Shown here: one piece after another, positions 9,817 to 22,430 of the stretch
Position numbering within the stretch: position 1 is the first letter of the stretch
How the letters are laid out: each line of letters begins with the position of its first letter
Source: Dehalococcoidia bacterium
Lineage (GTDB): Bacteria > Chloroflexota > Dehalococcoidia > Bin125
Length of the DNA: 64,000 nucleotides
Assembly: GCA_963663895.2 (NCBI GenBank)
Contig: CAXXRD010000001.1
Span: 448,001 to 512,000, forward strand
Direction of reading: 5' to 3'
The notes under the pieces: model-generated
The model's input: only the letters and a program-made list of their open reading frames with translations
What the model was told of the DNA's origin: nothing
The model's database searches: none
Made by a program: the position numbers and the translations under genes

Positions 9817-10971
9817 ATGATGCGCGTCGCCGTCAACCCCGAGCTACTCCGGTGGGCGCGTGAGCGTGCGGGCCTTGCCCAGGACGACTTGGCCGGCCGG
9901 TTCGGCAAGCTGCCGGAATGGGAGACCGGCGGGGTGCAGCCTACTCTGAAGCAGGTGGAGGCGTTCGCGCACGCCGTCCATGTCCCAGCGGGTTACCTTT
10001 TTCTCAGTGCGCCGCCGGAGGAGTCGATCCCGATTCCCGACTTCCGCACGGTCGCCGGACAGACGGTGACGCGCCCGAGTCCTAACCTGCTGGACACGAT
10101 CTACGCTTGCCAGGAGCGGCAAAGCTGGTATCGGGAATTCGCCCGGCTCTCGCGGCAACCCGAACTGCGATTCGTCAACAGCGCCACCCTTGCGATGCCG
10201 TCCGAGACCGTAGCGGCCCGGATGCGCGAGACGCTGGACTTCCAAGTCTCTGCGCGTCGGGAGTGCCCGACATGGACGGATGCCTTGCGGCTGTTCACTC
10301 GGCAGGCCGACGAAGCCGGGGTGCTGGTGATGGTGAGCGGGGTTGTGATGAGCAACAACCGCCGCCGTCTCGATCCCGCCGAATTTCGCGGCTTCGCGCT
10401 CTCCGATCCGCTGGCACCGCTGGTCTTCGTCAACGGCTCGGACACGAAGGCGGCGCAGATGTTCACGCTTGCCCATGAGCTTGCGCATCTGTGGCTCGGT
10501 TCGTCGGCTCTGTCGGACATGGGAGCGAAACCCGAGCACGGCTCTCGCCACGAGGAGGTCTGGTGCAACGCCGTGGCCGCCGAATTCCTGATGCCGCGAG
10601 AAGCGCTGCGCGCCGAATTACGCCCCGGCGAGCAGCTGCCCGCGGCCATGCCCCGGCTCGCCCGGATCTTCAAGGTCAGCACGCTGGTCGTCCTCCGGCG
10701 GCTCCTGGATGCCGAATGGATTGACCGTGAGACCTTCGATCTGCACTGGGCGAAGGAGATCGGACGCCTACAGACATTCACCCGTAGCAGTAGCGGCGGC
10801 GGAGATTTCTACCGAACGACTCTCACGCGCGTAAGTCGCCGATTCGCTCGGGCGCTCGTGGCCAGCACGCTTGAAGGGCAAACGCTCTACCGAGACGCCT
10901 TCCGAATGATCGGCGTCTCCAAGGTCGAGACGTTCAACAATCTCGGGCGGGAAGCCGGGGTGTTGGATTGA
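9817..10971 (+). CDS. Xre-HTH + ImmA/IrrE family metallopeptidase
   Basis: VNPELLRWARERAGL HTH; FRGFAL; FTLAHELAH (HEXXH); E.WCNAVAAEFL. Confidence 0.9.
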   Translation: MMRVAVNPELLRWARERAGLAQDDLAGRFGKLPEWETGGVQPTLKQVEAFAHAVHVPAGYLFLSAPPEESIPIPDFRTVAGQTVTRPSPNLLDTIYACQERQSWYREFARLSRQPELRFVNSATLAMPSETVAARMRETLDFQVSARRECPTWTDALRLFTRQADEAGVLVMVSGVVMSNNRRRLDPAEFRGFALSDPLAPLVFVNGSDTKAAQMFTLAHELAHLWLGSSALSDMGAKPEHGSRHEEVWCNAVAAEFLMPREALRAELRPGEQLPAAMPRLARIFKVSTLVVLRRLLDAEWIDRETFDLHWAKEIGRLQTFTRSSSGGGDFYRTTLTRVSRRFARALVASTLEGQTLYRDAFRMIGVSKVETFNNLGREAGVLD

Positions 10972-11498
10972 CCGTTTACCTGCTCGACTCAAACGTCTTC
11001 ATCCAAGCCAAGAATTTGCACTACGGTTTCGATTTTGTTCCGGCGTTCTGGGACTGGCTAATCCGAGAGAACCAGGAAGGGACTGTGGCGAGCGTCGAGA
11101 AAGTCGCGGATGAGCTGCGCGCTGGCAGAGACGAGCTTTCGGACTGGGCCGAGGAGCGCGGCGACGGGTTTTTCCTCGTGCCGGATTCCGCCGTACTGCC
11201 TGCTCTCCGCCAAGTCGGCGATTGGGCAAGCGGGCAGAGCTACGATCCGGCGGCCGTTGCCACGTTTCTTCAGGTAGCCGACTACTGGCTCGTCGCTCAT
11301 GCGCTAGCGCACAGCTATGTCGTCGTCACCCATGAGGTTCCCGCCGATACTCCCAAGAAAATCAAGATTCCGAGCGCGTGCATCGGCCTCAACCTTCACT
11401 GCATAAGCCCATACCAGATGTTGCGGCAAGAAGGGGCCCGGTTCGTCGCTCGGTTGAGCGAGACACTATCCACCTTACCGACGAAGCCTGCGGTGTGA
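10968..11498 (+). CDS. DUF4411 family PIN-domain protein
   Basis: YLLDSNVFI, FWDWL, ADYWLVAHA, VVTHE, KIP..C; 4-bp overlap with the ImmA gene. Confidence 0.85.
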   Translation: MTVYLLDSNVFIQAKNLHYGFDFVPAFWDWLIRENQEGTVASVEKVADELRAGRDELSDWAEERGDGFFLVPDSAVLPALRQVGDWASGQSYDPAAVATFLQVADYWLVAHALAHSYVVVTHEVPADTPKKIKIPSACIGLNLHCISPYQMLRQEGARFVARLSETLSTLPTKPAV

Positions 11499-11536
11499 AC
11501 GGACTGTCCGAAGCCGAAGTTGAAGAGGCCTCCTAG
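11495..11536 (+). pseudogene. hsdR 5'-end copy 3 (MNGLSEAEVEEAS*), truncated by the MazF cassette
   Basis: GTG overlaps the DUF4411 TGA; gaagccgaagttgaagaggcc matches the E..VEEA start of HsdR. Confidence 0.65.
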
Positions 11537-11853
11537 TCGCAGCCGGTGGCGACGGCGAGGGCGCGGCAGACCTCGCGCAGCTTCTCCTCGCCGAGCTCCC
11601 CCACGTAGCCGCGCAGCTGGCGCTGGTCGACCGTCTGCACGTTGTCGAGGCTGACGGCGGAGATCCCCTTCAACCCCTCGTCGGGGCCCACGACGACCTC
11701 GCTGGGAATGCCCCGAATGGTCGATGTCAGCGGGGCGACCATCGCCGTGCGCAGGAAGGGCAGCGCCTCCGAGCGCGTCAACACCAGGACGGGCCGCCGC
11801 TTGTCGGGCGGCGCGAACCGGCAGCGCCAGATCTCTCCCCGCAGCGGGGGCAT
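11533..11853 (-). CDS. mazF: MazF/PemK family toxin
   Basis: RGEIW...KRRPVLVL...VAPLTS; D.VQTV. Confidence 0.88.
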   Translation of the reverse strand: MPPLRGEIWRCRFAPPDKRRPVLVLTRSEALPFLRTAMVAPLTSTIRGIPSEVVVGPDEGLKGISAVSLDNVQTVDQRQLRGYVGELGEEKLREVCRALAVATGCD

Positions 11854-11857
11854 GCGG

Positions 11858-12088
11858 CTACTCCCCGGGCCAGGCGCCCCGGCCGGCCCACTCGATCTCC
11901 TCGGTGGTCTGGGGGAACTTCGTGTAGCCCTCCCGGTACCGGCGGGCGATCTCCTGGGCCCGCTTCTCCGCGAGATAGGCGGCGGCGGCCTCGCGCAGCA
12001 CCGCCGAGCGGCCGCGCTCGCGCACCTCGGGCCGCTGGTCGAGCTGCTCCAGCAGATCCTCGTCGAACGTCACCTGTATCGCTTTCAT
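11858..12088 (-). CDS. Ribbon-helix-helix antitoxin
   Basis: IQVTFDEDLL..LD...RSAVLREA; upstream of mazF; leaderless TG-TATCTT -10. Confidence 0.82.
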   Translation of the reverse strand: MKAIQVTFDEDLLEQLDQRPEVRERGRSAVLREAAAAYLAEKRAQEIARRYREGYTKFPQTTEEIEWAGRGAWPGE

Positions 12089-12159
12089 GGATATGAAGAT
12101 ACCACATGTAGAATAGACGCATCATGCGGTACCGGCGGGGCGGGCGGGACGCCGCTCCC

Positions 12160-12165
12160 TAGAAT
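12160..12165 (+). promoter_or_regulatory. -10 element for a probably leaderless hsdR transcript
   Basis: TAGAAT 6 nt upstream of ATG 12172; no SD sequence. Confidence 0.5.
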
Positions 12166-12171
12166 GCGCCC

Positions 12172-15342
<3,171 letters not shown>

Positions 15343-15754
15343 GGACGGCTCCACGCCGATCGGCCCGCCTCCAACTCGAAGACCGCGCGATCTCCCGGCT
15401 CTCTCGCAAGAAACGGGCGGGCCACTGCCATCCACCGCGATGTTGGCGACTACGGCCCGGCGGCACGCCCTGCGTGAAGCGCCATGCGAAAGGCGGCGCG
15501 CCCTTGCCGGGAGGCCGGTGCGACCGCGGACACCCAGTCGCTCATCTCCAGACGGCTGCCGTCCTCGCTTTCCCAGTCCAGCAGAATGAGCGAGCGACAC
15601 TGCTAGCAAGTTACACTTTGCGAATGATGGGTACTATCATTTCACTCTCGCACACGTCTGTTCAGAAGGTGGCTCGCACTAGCGTCCCAACTCCCAGCCG
15701 GAAAGCAGAAGACTCCGCCGTCATCGGCACGGCGGAATCGACGAGGCGACCCTC

Positions 15755-16336
15755 GTGAAGAGAAGACTGCCGCTGGTTGTTTGTCTGTCGCCCGTCGTGA
15801 TCGTGCTGGTGGTCGGCTTGGTTCTGTTGATCGTCCGGTGCAGCGAGGCGGCTGCACCTACCGTGGGCCTGACGGCCGAGGCCGTGCTTGTATCGGAGGA
15901 CGGTGGCGCCATCGGCACCGTTGCGTTCCGGCAAACGGCCACCGGGGTTCTGATCATGGCCGACATACGTGAACTAGCCCCGGGCGGCCACGCTTTCATT
16001 GTTCACGAGGTCGGTGCGTGTACGCCCGACTTCCGCGCCGCCGGTGACCACTTCAACCCGACTGGGGCGGGACACGGCTTTATCCATTCGACCTGGAAGC
16101 GCGGCGAATCGGGTGGAACACACGGCGGCGACCTGCCCAATCTCTACGCCGGCTCTGACGGCGCTGCCCGGGCCGACTTCTTTACCGATGGCATCACCCT
16201 GGACACGGGACCGCGCCATTCCATATTCGACGCCGACGGCTCCGCCATCATTGTGCACGAACGGCCCGATTCTTATGGAGCAGAGGAATCGGACACTGGC
16301 GAACGCGTAGCCTGCGGGGTCATTAGGCGCACCTAG
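15755..16336 (+). CDS. Exported Cu/Zn superoxide dismutase family protein (atypical Cu site)
   Basis: Signal/TM; AAGDHFNP, HGGDLPNL, AIIVHE, GERVACGVI; HAFIVH in place of HGFHIH. Confidence 0.85.
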   Translation: MKRRLPLVVCLSPVVIVLVVGLVLLIVRCSEAAAPTVGLTAEAVLVSEDGGAIGTVAFRQTATGVLIMADIRELAPGGHAFIVHEVGACTPDFRAAGDHFNPTGAGHGFIHSTWKRGESGGTHGGDLPNLYAGSDGAARADFFTDGITLDTGPRHSIFDADGSAIIVHERPDSYGAEESDTGERVACGVIRRT

Positions 16337-16659
16337 CGGGATAAACTAAATTCCCAAACCTTTCCGTAGCGGGTCCCCGGCTCGAGATCGGCGAAGACGT
16401 GGCGGTTGGACTCTTGCGCTCGCACCCAGATCGTCCTGACTTGCCCTTCGGTGCGCTGCCCGACCCAGTGCGCGAGATGAAATTCGGCCGCCTCCTCCCA
16501 TGACACGACGAGAAAGCCGCCGGAGAAGGCCGGCCGCACGGTCACCGTGAAGGGATTGCCCTCGGCGGGATCCTGCGCTGCGACGTTGTCCGTCGAGAGA
16601 ACGGCCGCGGCGGCGAGAAGCGCCAGCGCCGTTCCCACTAATCCCAAACGCTGAAGCAT
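16333..16659 (-). CDS. Secreted fibronectin type III-like protein, probably C-terminally truncated
   Basis: RBS GGAGGA; signal peptide; VSW...DLEPGTRY FN3 motif followed by an unrelated AT-rich tail. Confidence 0.5.
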   Translation of the reverse strand: MLQRLGLVGTALALLAAAAVLSTDNVAAQDPAEGNPFTVTVRPAFSGGFLVVSWEEAAEFHLAHWVGQRTEGQVRTIWVRAQESNRHVFADLEPGTRYGKVWEFSLSR

Positions 16660-16818
16660 GTTCGATTCCTCCTGCGGAACTCTGCTCTAGGCGGCGCGCG
16701 CGCCCGAAGCAAACGCCAGCCGGGCCGCCGCTTGACTTGGAGGGCCGCATGTCCAATACATACAGTGCAGGCCCGCAGCGGTTCGTCCAGGAGCATCCTG
16801 GAAGCCGGAGGAACGGCG

Positions 16819-18222
16819 ATGGCGCGCTACGACTACGACATCGTGATCATCGGGTCGGGCCCGGCCGGCCAGAAAGCCGCGATGCAGGCTGCGAAGCTCG
16901 GCAAGCGCGTGGCCGTGATCGAGCGGCTCCCGGAGATCGGCGGCGTCAGCATCAGTACCGCAACCGCAAGCAAGACCTTGCGCGAGGCCGTGCTGCACCT
17001 GACGGGCTACAGGGAACGCAAGGTTTACGGCGAGTCGTACGCCGTGAAGCAAGACATCACGATGAGCGATCTCATGCTGCGAACGCGCTACGTGATGCAT
17101 CAGGAAGGGGAGATCCTGCGCAGTCAGCTCGCCAGGAACCGCGTGGAGACGATCGCCGGCGAGGCATCATTCATCGACCGGCATACGATCAATCTCGTTA
17201 CCGAGAACGGCAAACCCGATCGCACGATCACGGCGGAGAAGGTGATTATCGCGGTGGGGACGTACTCCACGATGCCGCCCGTGGTCTTCGTGGACGGCCG
17301 ACTGATCTTCGTCAGCGACGATGTTCTCAACCTCACCGATCTGCCCCGGACGCTGACGATCGTCGGCGCCGGCGCGATCGGGCTGGAGTATTGCGGCACG
17401 TTCGCGGCGGTGGGCGTCCGGGTCACGCTCGTGGACAGGAATCCGCGATTGCTGCCGTTCGCGGACGACGAGCTGACGGACACCCTGGTGTACCACCTGC
17501 GGCAGAGGGACGTGACGTTCATCATGAACGGCAACGTCTTCGATATCGAGTACCTGAGGGACGGCTACGGAGATCGGGTCCGCGTCATGCTTGAGGGCGG
17601 GAAGCAGATCGTGAGCGATGCCGTGATGTACTGCGTCGGGCGCACGGGCGCCACGCAATCGCTCAATCTGGAGGCCGTGGGCGTCGAGGTCGACGAGCGC
17701 GGGCGCCTCAGCGTGGACGAGAACTACCAGACGAACGTGGAAGGCATCTACGCCGTGGGCGGCGTCATCGGCTTCCCCGACCTCTCCTCCACATCACAGA
17801 TGCAGGGGCGGCTGGCGGTGCGGCATGCGGCCGGCATCGCCGCGAACCGATTCCCCGATCTGGTTCCCTACGCCGTGAAGACGATTCCCGAAGTGGCGAT
17901 GGTGGGGATAACGGAGGCGCAGCTCATGGCCGAGGGGATCCCCTACGAGGTGGGCAAAGCGGAGTATCACGAAAATGTGAACAGCATCATCAAAGGAGAC
18001 GACGCCGGTTTCCTCAAGCTGCTGTTCCATATCGAGACGCGGAAGCTGCTGGGGGTGCACATCATCGGCGAGGGCGCCGCCGAGCTGATCCACATCGGCC
18101 AGGCGGTGATCGCGCACGAGGGCACGATCGACTATTTCGTCGACAGCGTGACCAGCAACCCGACGCTGGCCGAATGCTATCCGGCGGCTGCCTTGAACGG
18201 GATCAATCGCCTCGGACTGTAG
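16819..18222 (+). CDS. sthA: Soluble pyridine nucleotide transhydrogenase-like flavoprotein
   Basis: IIGSGPAGQKAAMQAAK; SKTLREAV; GAGAIGLEY; LLGVHIIGEGAAELIHIGQAV; NPTLAECY; RBS GGAGGA. Confidence 0.82.
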   Translation: MARYDYDIVIIGSGPAGQKAAMQAAKLGKRVAVIERLPEIGGVSISTATASKTLREAVLHLTGYRERKVYGESYAVKQDITMSDLMLRTRYVMHQEGEILRSQLARNRVETIAGEASFIDRHTINLVTENGKPDRTITAEKVIIAVGTYSTMPPVVFVDGRLIFVSDDVLNLTDLPRTLTIVGAGAIGLEYCGTFAAVGVRVTLVDRNPRLLPFADDELTDTLVYHLRQRDVTFIMNGNVFDIEYLRDGYGDRVRVMLEGGKQIVSDAVMYCVGRTGATQSLNLEAVGVEVDERGRLSVDENYQTNVEGIYAVGGVIGFPDLSSTSQMQGRLAVRHAAGIAANRFPDLVPYAVKTIPEVAMVGITEAQLMAEGIPYEVGKAEYHENVNSIIKGDDAGFLKLLFHIETRKLLGVHIIGEGAAELIHIGQAVIAHEGTIDYFVDSVTSNPTLAECYPAAALNGINRLGL

Positions 18223-18229
18223 ATCACCG

Positions 18230-18697
18230 CTATCCGTTCTGGGCCGACGCCTCCCTCAGCAGCCGGATGCCGGTTGAAGCCATCAGCAGCGGGAACGTGA
18301 CGTCGATCAGGATCCACACCAGCCCCTCGGCGTTGCTGGGCTCGACGAACTCCACGCCGAACCAGTTCCAGAGAAGGGCGAGGAAGAGCGCCGCCGTGAA
18401 GTAGAGGGTGCCGTTCGCCTCCAGATACTCCCGGCTTACCGATCGGTCGCCTCCACCAGCATCCAGGCGGCGCTTTCGGTCGAAGGCAACCACGAGCGCC
18501 ATCACCGCGCCGGCCACCATCAGCGGGTCGAAGACGAGCCAGGCGTCGAGTGCCGTGCCCTCCAACCTCGGATCGTAAAACTGCGTAGCTAGGAAATGCC
18601 CGGCCACCCCCAGCGCCAGCAAGAGCATGTACACCGCCGCCGCACGCTTGAGAACAGGCATGAGAACCATCACTCGGGACCCCCGATCTCCGTTCAC
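18230..18697 (-). CDS. Hypothetical four-TM membrane protein (start uncertain)
   Basis: Four hydrophobic segments; coding-like codon usage. Confidence 0.65.
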   Translation of the reverse strand: MNGDRGSRVMVLMPVLKRAAAVYMLLLALGVAGHFLATQFYDPRLEGTALDAWLVFDPLMVAGAVMALVVAFDRKRRLDAGGGDRSVSREYLEANGTLYFTAALFLALLWNWFGVEFVEPSNAEGLVWILIDVTFPLLMASTGIRLLREASAQNG

Positions 18698-19064
18698 TCG
18701 CTTAGGGATGCCGGTTCCCTCGCCCCCTGCCTACCTCCCCGCAGGCGGGGCGCGCGATACGATCCGGCCGCAGAAGGCGAGAGCCCCAACACCGGATTGA
18801 CTCGCCGGCTTTCGGGATTCCCGCCTCCAAACGGTCCCTAGATAACCCTTCCAGGGATCGATGGCAAGGCGCGGGTTTCGATCCGCGTTGGACGCTCCCG
18901 GAATCCGGACGGGAACGGCGCGGCCCCAAGGGAGAGCGCGGCGATGAATCACCGGGCCGGGCCGAACGAGCGAGTCGGGGACCAGCGGAGCCGGCCCCTT
19001 GGGGGCGAGCCCGAGCAGAGCGATATCATCCGGTGGGCGCCGCAATTCCTGGAGGTAGGAGAGA

Positions 19065-20306
19065 GTGCGAAGAACGATATCCGGCAGAGGGCGGGCAGTG
19101 CTCGCACTCGGCGCAGCCTGTTTGCTCCTGGCCGGCCTCGCCGCTTGTGACGGCGAGGCGGAGGCACCCGACCCGCTGAGGATCGGCGTGCTGCACACGT
19201 CGTTCAACGACGAGATCGAGCGGGAGATGCTGCGCTCCTTCGATCTGGCGGTCAAACACCTCAACGAGGCGGGCGGGGTCTTCGGCCAGCCGGTGCAGGT
19301 CGAGATCGTCGATGCCACCACCGACCCCGAGGTGGCGGTGCAGCGGGCGCGGCAGATGGTGGAAGAGAACCCGCCGCATGCCATCGTAGGGGGCTGGACC
19401 AGCGCAACCGCGCTGGCGCTGGTGGAGCAGGTGATCGCGCCGGCGGGCATTCCCATGATCAGCCCCTCGGCCACCTCTCCCCTTCTGTCCACCGCCAACG
19501 ACCAAGACTTCCTTTTCCGCACGATCCCGGTGGACAGCTCGGGGGCGCCGGTCCTGGCGCAGCTGGTCCGCGACCAAGGGTTCACCAACATCGGCGTGAT
19601 CTACCGCCAAGACCCCTGGGGATCGAAGTACGCCGAAGCCTTCGAGGCCGCCTGGGACGGTCCCATCCGGGTGGTCGGGATCGATCCCGACCAGGACAGC
19701 TATCTCGACGAGCTACGGGAGTCGGCCGCAGGGGGAGCGGAAGCTCTGGTCCCCATGACCTTCAACGCGGAGGCGATCGTCATTCTCGGAGAGGCCCTGG
19801 ACAACGGCGTCTACGACCAGTTCGTGCTCACCGGCCCCATGAAGGACCCGCGAACCATCGAGGCGATCGGCAGCGCCGGCCTGGGCGGCATGCACGGCAT
19901 CGCGGCGGTCGCGGACCGGACGTCCGCCTCCTCGGTCGCGTGGGAGGAGGCGTACATCGCCGAGTACGGCGGCCTGCCCGTGCTGGCCTACGTGAAGGAG
20001 ACGTACGACGCCGCCATCGTCCTGGCGCTCGCGGCCCAGGCCGCCGGCAGCACGGACGGCGCCGCGATCCGCGACCGCCTGCGCGCGGTGGCTGGCGGAT
20101 CGGGCGAGGCGGTGAGCGCCGGAGCGGAGGGCATCAGGCACGCGCTCGAAATCCTGGCCAGCGGAGGCGCGATCAACTACGAAGGCGCCTCGACGACCCT
20201 GGACTGGGACGGGAACGGCGACCTGCGAAGAGGGCAGTTCGGCGTCTGGCGTTTCAGGGAAGACGGCCAGATCGAGGAGGTCCGGGTGATCCCCTTCGGC
20301 GGCTAG
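19065..20306 (+). CDS. Branched-chain amino acid-type ABC substrate-binding lipoprotein
   Basis: Lipobox LAAC; N.AGGV.G; ISPSATSP; FLFRT; YDA. Confidence 0.85.
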   Translation: MRRTISGRGRAVLALGAACLLLAGLAACDGEAEAPDPLRIGVLHTSFNDEIEREMLRSFDLAVKHLNEAGGVFGQPVQVEIVDATTDPEVAVQRARQMVEENPPHAIVGGWTSATALALVEQVIAPAGIPMISPSATSPLLSTANDQDFLFRTIPVDSSGAPVLAQLVRDQGFTNIGVIYRQDPWGSKYAEAFEAAWDGPIRVVGIDPDQDSYLDELRESAAGGAEALVPMTFNAEAIVILGEALDNGVYDQFVLTGPMKDPRTIEAIGSAGLGGMHGIAAVADRTSASSVAWEEAYIAEYGGLPVLAYVKETYDAAIVLALAAQAAGSTDGAAIRDRLRAVAGGSGEAVSAGAEGIRHALEILASGGAINYEGASTTLDWDGNGDLRRGQFGVWRFREDGQIEEVRVIPFGG

Positions 20307-20495
20307 ACCGGAGCCGGCCACGAATCAGTAGGGCCTGCTCCGAGGGCACGAGCGACGGCCGGGGTACGCGGCTCTCTGCCGGCTACCGTCGCAAGAGCGT
20401 CGGGACGGAGTGCTCCCGGCGCCGACGCCGCCCGTCTCCTTCATGAGAGCCAATGCGACTTGCGCGGCGCTCCAGCCAGGCCAGATGAGTGGGCT

Positions 20496-20846
20496 TCATG
20501 AACCCACGAGGCGAGCGATTCGGAGTCGCTCAAACAGCGCCACCGCCTTCGCATCGCGACGGTGCGGCGAGAGCATGTACCGCGCACAGCCCCTTCCAGA
20601 GAAGGAAAGGGCAAAAAGACCATTGGCGTTCCTCCCGATGGCGATGACGCCGGTCGCATTCAGGCCGCCGAGCGCGATGAAGCCGACTGAGTTAAACGGG
20701 CTGATCGCGATCAGGCCAACCGCATTGCCGCCGCTGACGGCAATCAAGCCGACCGCGTTAATGGCGCTGAGGGCAACCAGGCCGATCGCGTTAATGGCGC
20801 TGAGGGCAACCAGACCGATCGCATTCTGGGTATCTGCCGTGACCAT
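20496..20846 (-). CDS. Small hydrophobic protein built of 11-aa N-A-x-G-L-x-A-x-S repeats
   Basis: RBS AGGAGGAG; NAIGLVALSAI twice plus four degenerate copies; 33-bp DNA tandem repeat near 20755-20822. Confidence 0.65.
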   Translation of the reverse strand: MVTADTQNAIGLVALSAINAIGLVALSAINAVGLIAVSGGNAVGLIAISPFNSVGFIALGGLNATGVIAIGRNANGLFALSFSGRGCARYMLSPHRRDAKAVALFERLRIARLVGS

Positions 20847-20966
20847 CTCCCGCTCCTCCTAAAACCCGTATTCCCCGCCCGAGGCTGGTTCAGGCGGGAA
20901 TGGATTTCAAGCCAATACCCAACATGCCCTAGGCTTGTCGCGAGCGCCAGCCCTCCATGCAAGGTG

Positions 20967-21698
20967 TCAGGGGGCTCCGGATGCCTCAGCGTCCAAGCAG
21001 GCGCTTACCTCTGGGGAAGATCTGATCTCCGCTACCGACTCCTCAACGGCTCCGGACCTGAGAGCGATCAGGTCCGGGTTCTCTTTCGCCGCGTCAAGCA
21101 CGCAGCGGTACGTCTCTTCGCCCAGCCCGCCGGCTTGCTGAGAGATCACCGCGACGCCGAGGAAGGCGAAATTCTCCGGCGTCAGGCAGGCGAACACGGG
21201 GCCCGAAGTAGGGTTGGCCAAGACATCCAGGACTGGAGCACCGGCCATTAGGTCGTAGAGGCCGCCGACCGTCGCGCGGATGCAGGATGCTTCTGGCTCG
21301 GAGAGCCGGGCGACCATCTCGGCTGTAGTGGTGCTCACGGTTACCACGAGCTCTTCCATGGAGCCCACAGGCTGAGGTGCCTCAGCCGGCTCAGGAGTGG
21401 CAGGCTCGGCCGGTTCCGGTGTCGCGGCTGCCACGGGCTCCGGAGCAGGCTCCGGTTCGGGAGCCGGCGCCGGTTCAGGTTCCGGTGCAGGCTCCGGGGT
21501 GGGCGGCTCGGCGGGCTCCGGCGTCGCAGCTGCCGCTGGCTCAGGAGCCGGTTCCGCGACCGGATCCGGAGCGGGAGCCTCGGGCGTCTCCGAGTCGGAA
21601 CCACAGGCGGCAAGCGCCACGATCGCGACAAGCGCAAGCGCCGTGACGAGGACGCTGCGCCAACCAATACGACAACGAAGCCTATCCAGTGCAAGCAT
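20967..21698 (-). CDS. Lipoprotein with Pro/Ala/Glu linker and one Cys-paired module
   Basis: LAACGSD lipobox; PEPA repeats; LSEPEASCIR...ACLT...QAGGLGEETYRC. Confidence 0.75.
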   Translation of the reverse strand: MLALDRLRCRIGWRSVLVTALALVAIVALAACGSDSETPEAPAPDPVAEPAPEPAAAATPEPAEPPTPEPAPEPEPAPAPEPEPAPEPVAAATPEPAEPATPEPAEAPQPVGSMEELVVTVSTTTAEMVARLSEPEASCIRATVGGLYDLMAGAPVLDVLANPTSGPVFACLTPENFAFLGVAVISQQAGGLGEETYRCVLDAAKENPDLIALRSGAVEESVAEIRSSPEVSACLDAEASGAP

Positions 21699-21978
21699 GG
21701 TTCCACCCCTCAATGCAGAAGCGATCGTAGACGGATACGGCTTCGAGAGCGCTCGCTTATGTCATATCAAAGGACCGCTTGCGTTCATCGTGAAAACCCC
21801 GACCGGCCTGCTTCCCATGGCTTCGCAGCTCGGGCAACCACTATCGGTAGCATCCTGAGCCCTCCGAAACGGCCGGGTGAACGCAGTGGGGTCTGTCCCT
21901 TGGGTATTTTTCTGGTGGGGCCAGCTAACCCGCCCGATCCGTCGAGGACCCAATCCGCCTCGTCAGAGGCGGGTGTTC

Positions 21979-22356
21979 CTATCGCCCCAGTGCGCTCACA
22001 CCCACCCCCTGCGTTCGTGCGATCTCCTCGTCGGTCAGGCAGTCCCAGGTTCTGAGGCCGTCACCGGCGATCTCAGCGATCTCGGCCGCACTCATCGCCG
22101 CCAAGTCATAGGAGTCGGGATCGATCAGCGCCACGTAGTGCGGGTGCTCCCTGGCGAAGTCCGTGAGGCAGCTGATGGACTCCTCGCTCAAGCCGCCGGC
22201 TTGCGACACGGACATGGCGACGAAGATCTGAACGTACCCCTCCGGCGTGATGCAGTCACGCATCGACTCCACCAACCGGAAGCCTCCGTGGGCTGTTGAA
22301 TCGAAGAGCACGGCGAACTGGTCCTCGGAGAGACCCTCGCGTATGCAAGCGACTTC
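21979..22356 (-). pseudogene. 5'-truncated paralog of the Cys-paired lipoprotein (second module only)
   Basis: EVACIREGLSEDQF...DCIT...GGLSEESISCLTDFAREHP...WDCLTDEE aligns with the C-terminal half of 22431-23624; no signal peptide. Confidence 0.7.
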
Positions 22357-22360
22357 GGGC

Positions 22361-22395
22361 GGGGCCGGACCGCCTGTCCGGATTCACCCGGCCCC
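22361..22395. terminator. GC hairpin between the lipoprotein paralogs
   Basis: ggggccgg (22361-22368) / ccggcccc (22388-22395); no clear U-tract. Confidence 0.35.
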
Positions 22396-22430
22396 GGTAT
22401 ACGCCTTTCCCGCTCAGTGGCAGGAAGCCA

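Noticed and set aside
16333-16350. ctagcgggataaac resembles half of a type I-E CRISPR repeat
   Set aside because: Single partial copy, no spacers, no cas genes
18700-19064. Long GC-rich intergenic region as a possible riboswitch or ncRNA
   Set aside because: No consensus I can recognise; hairpins are expected at this GC content
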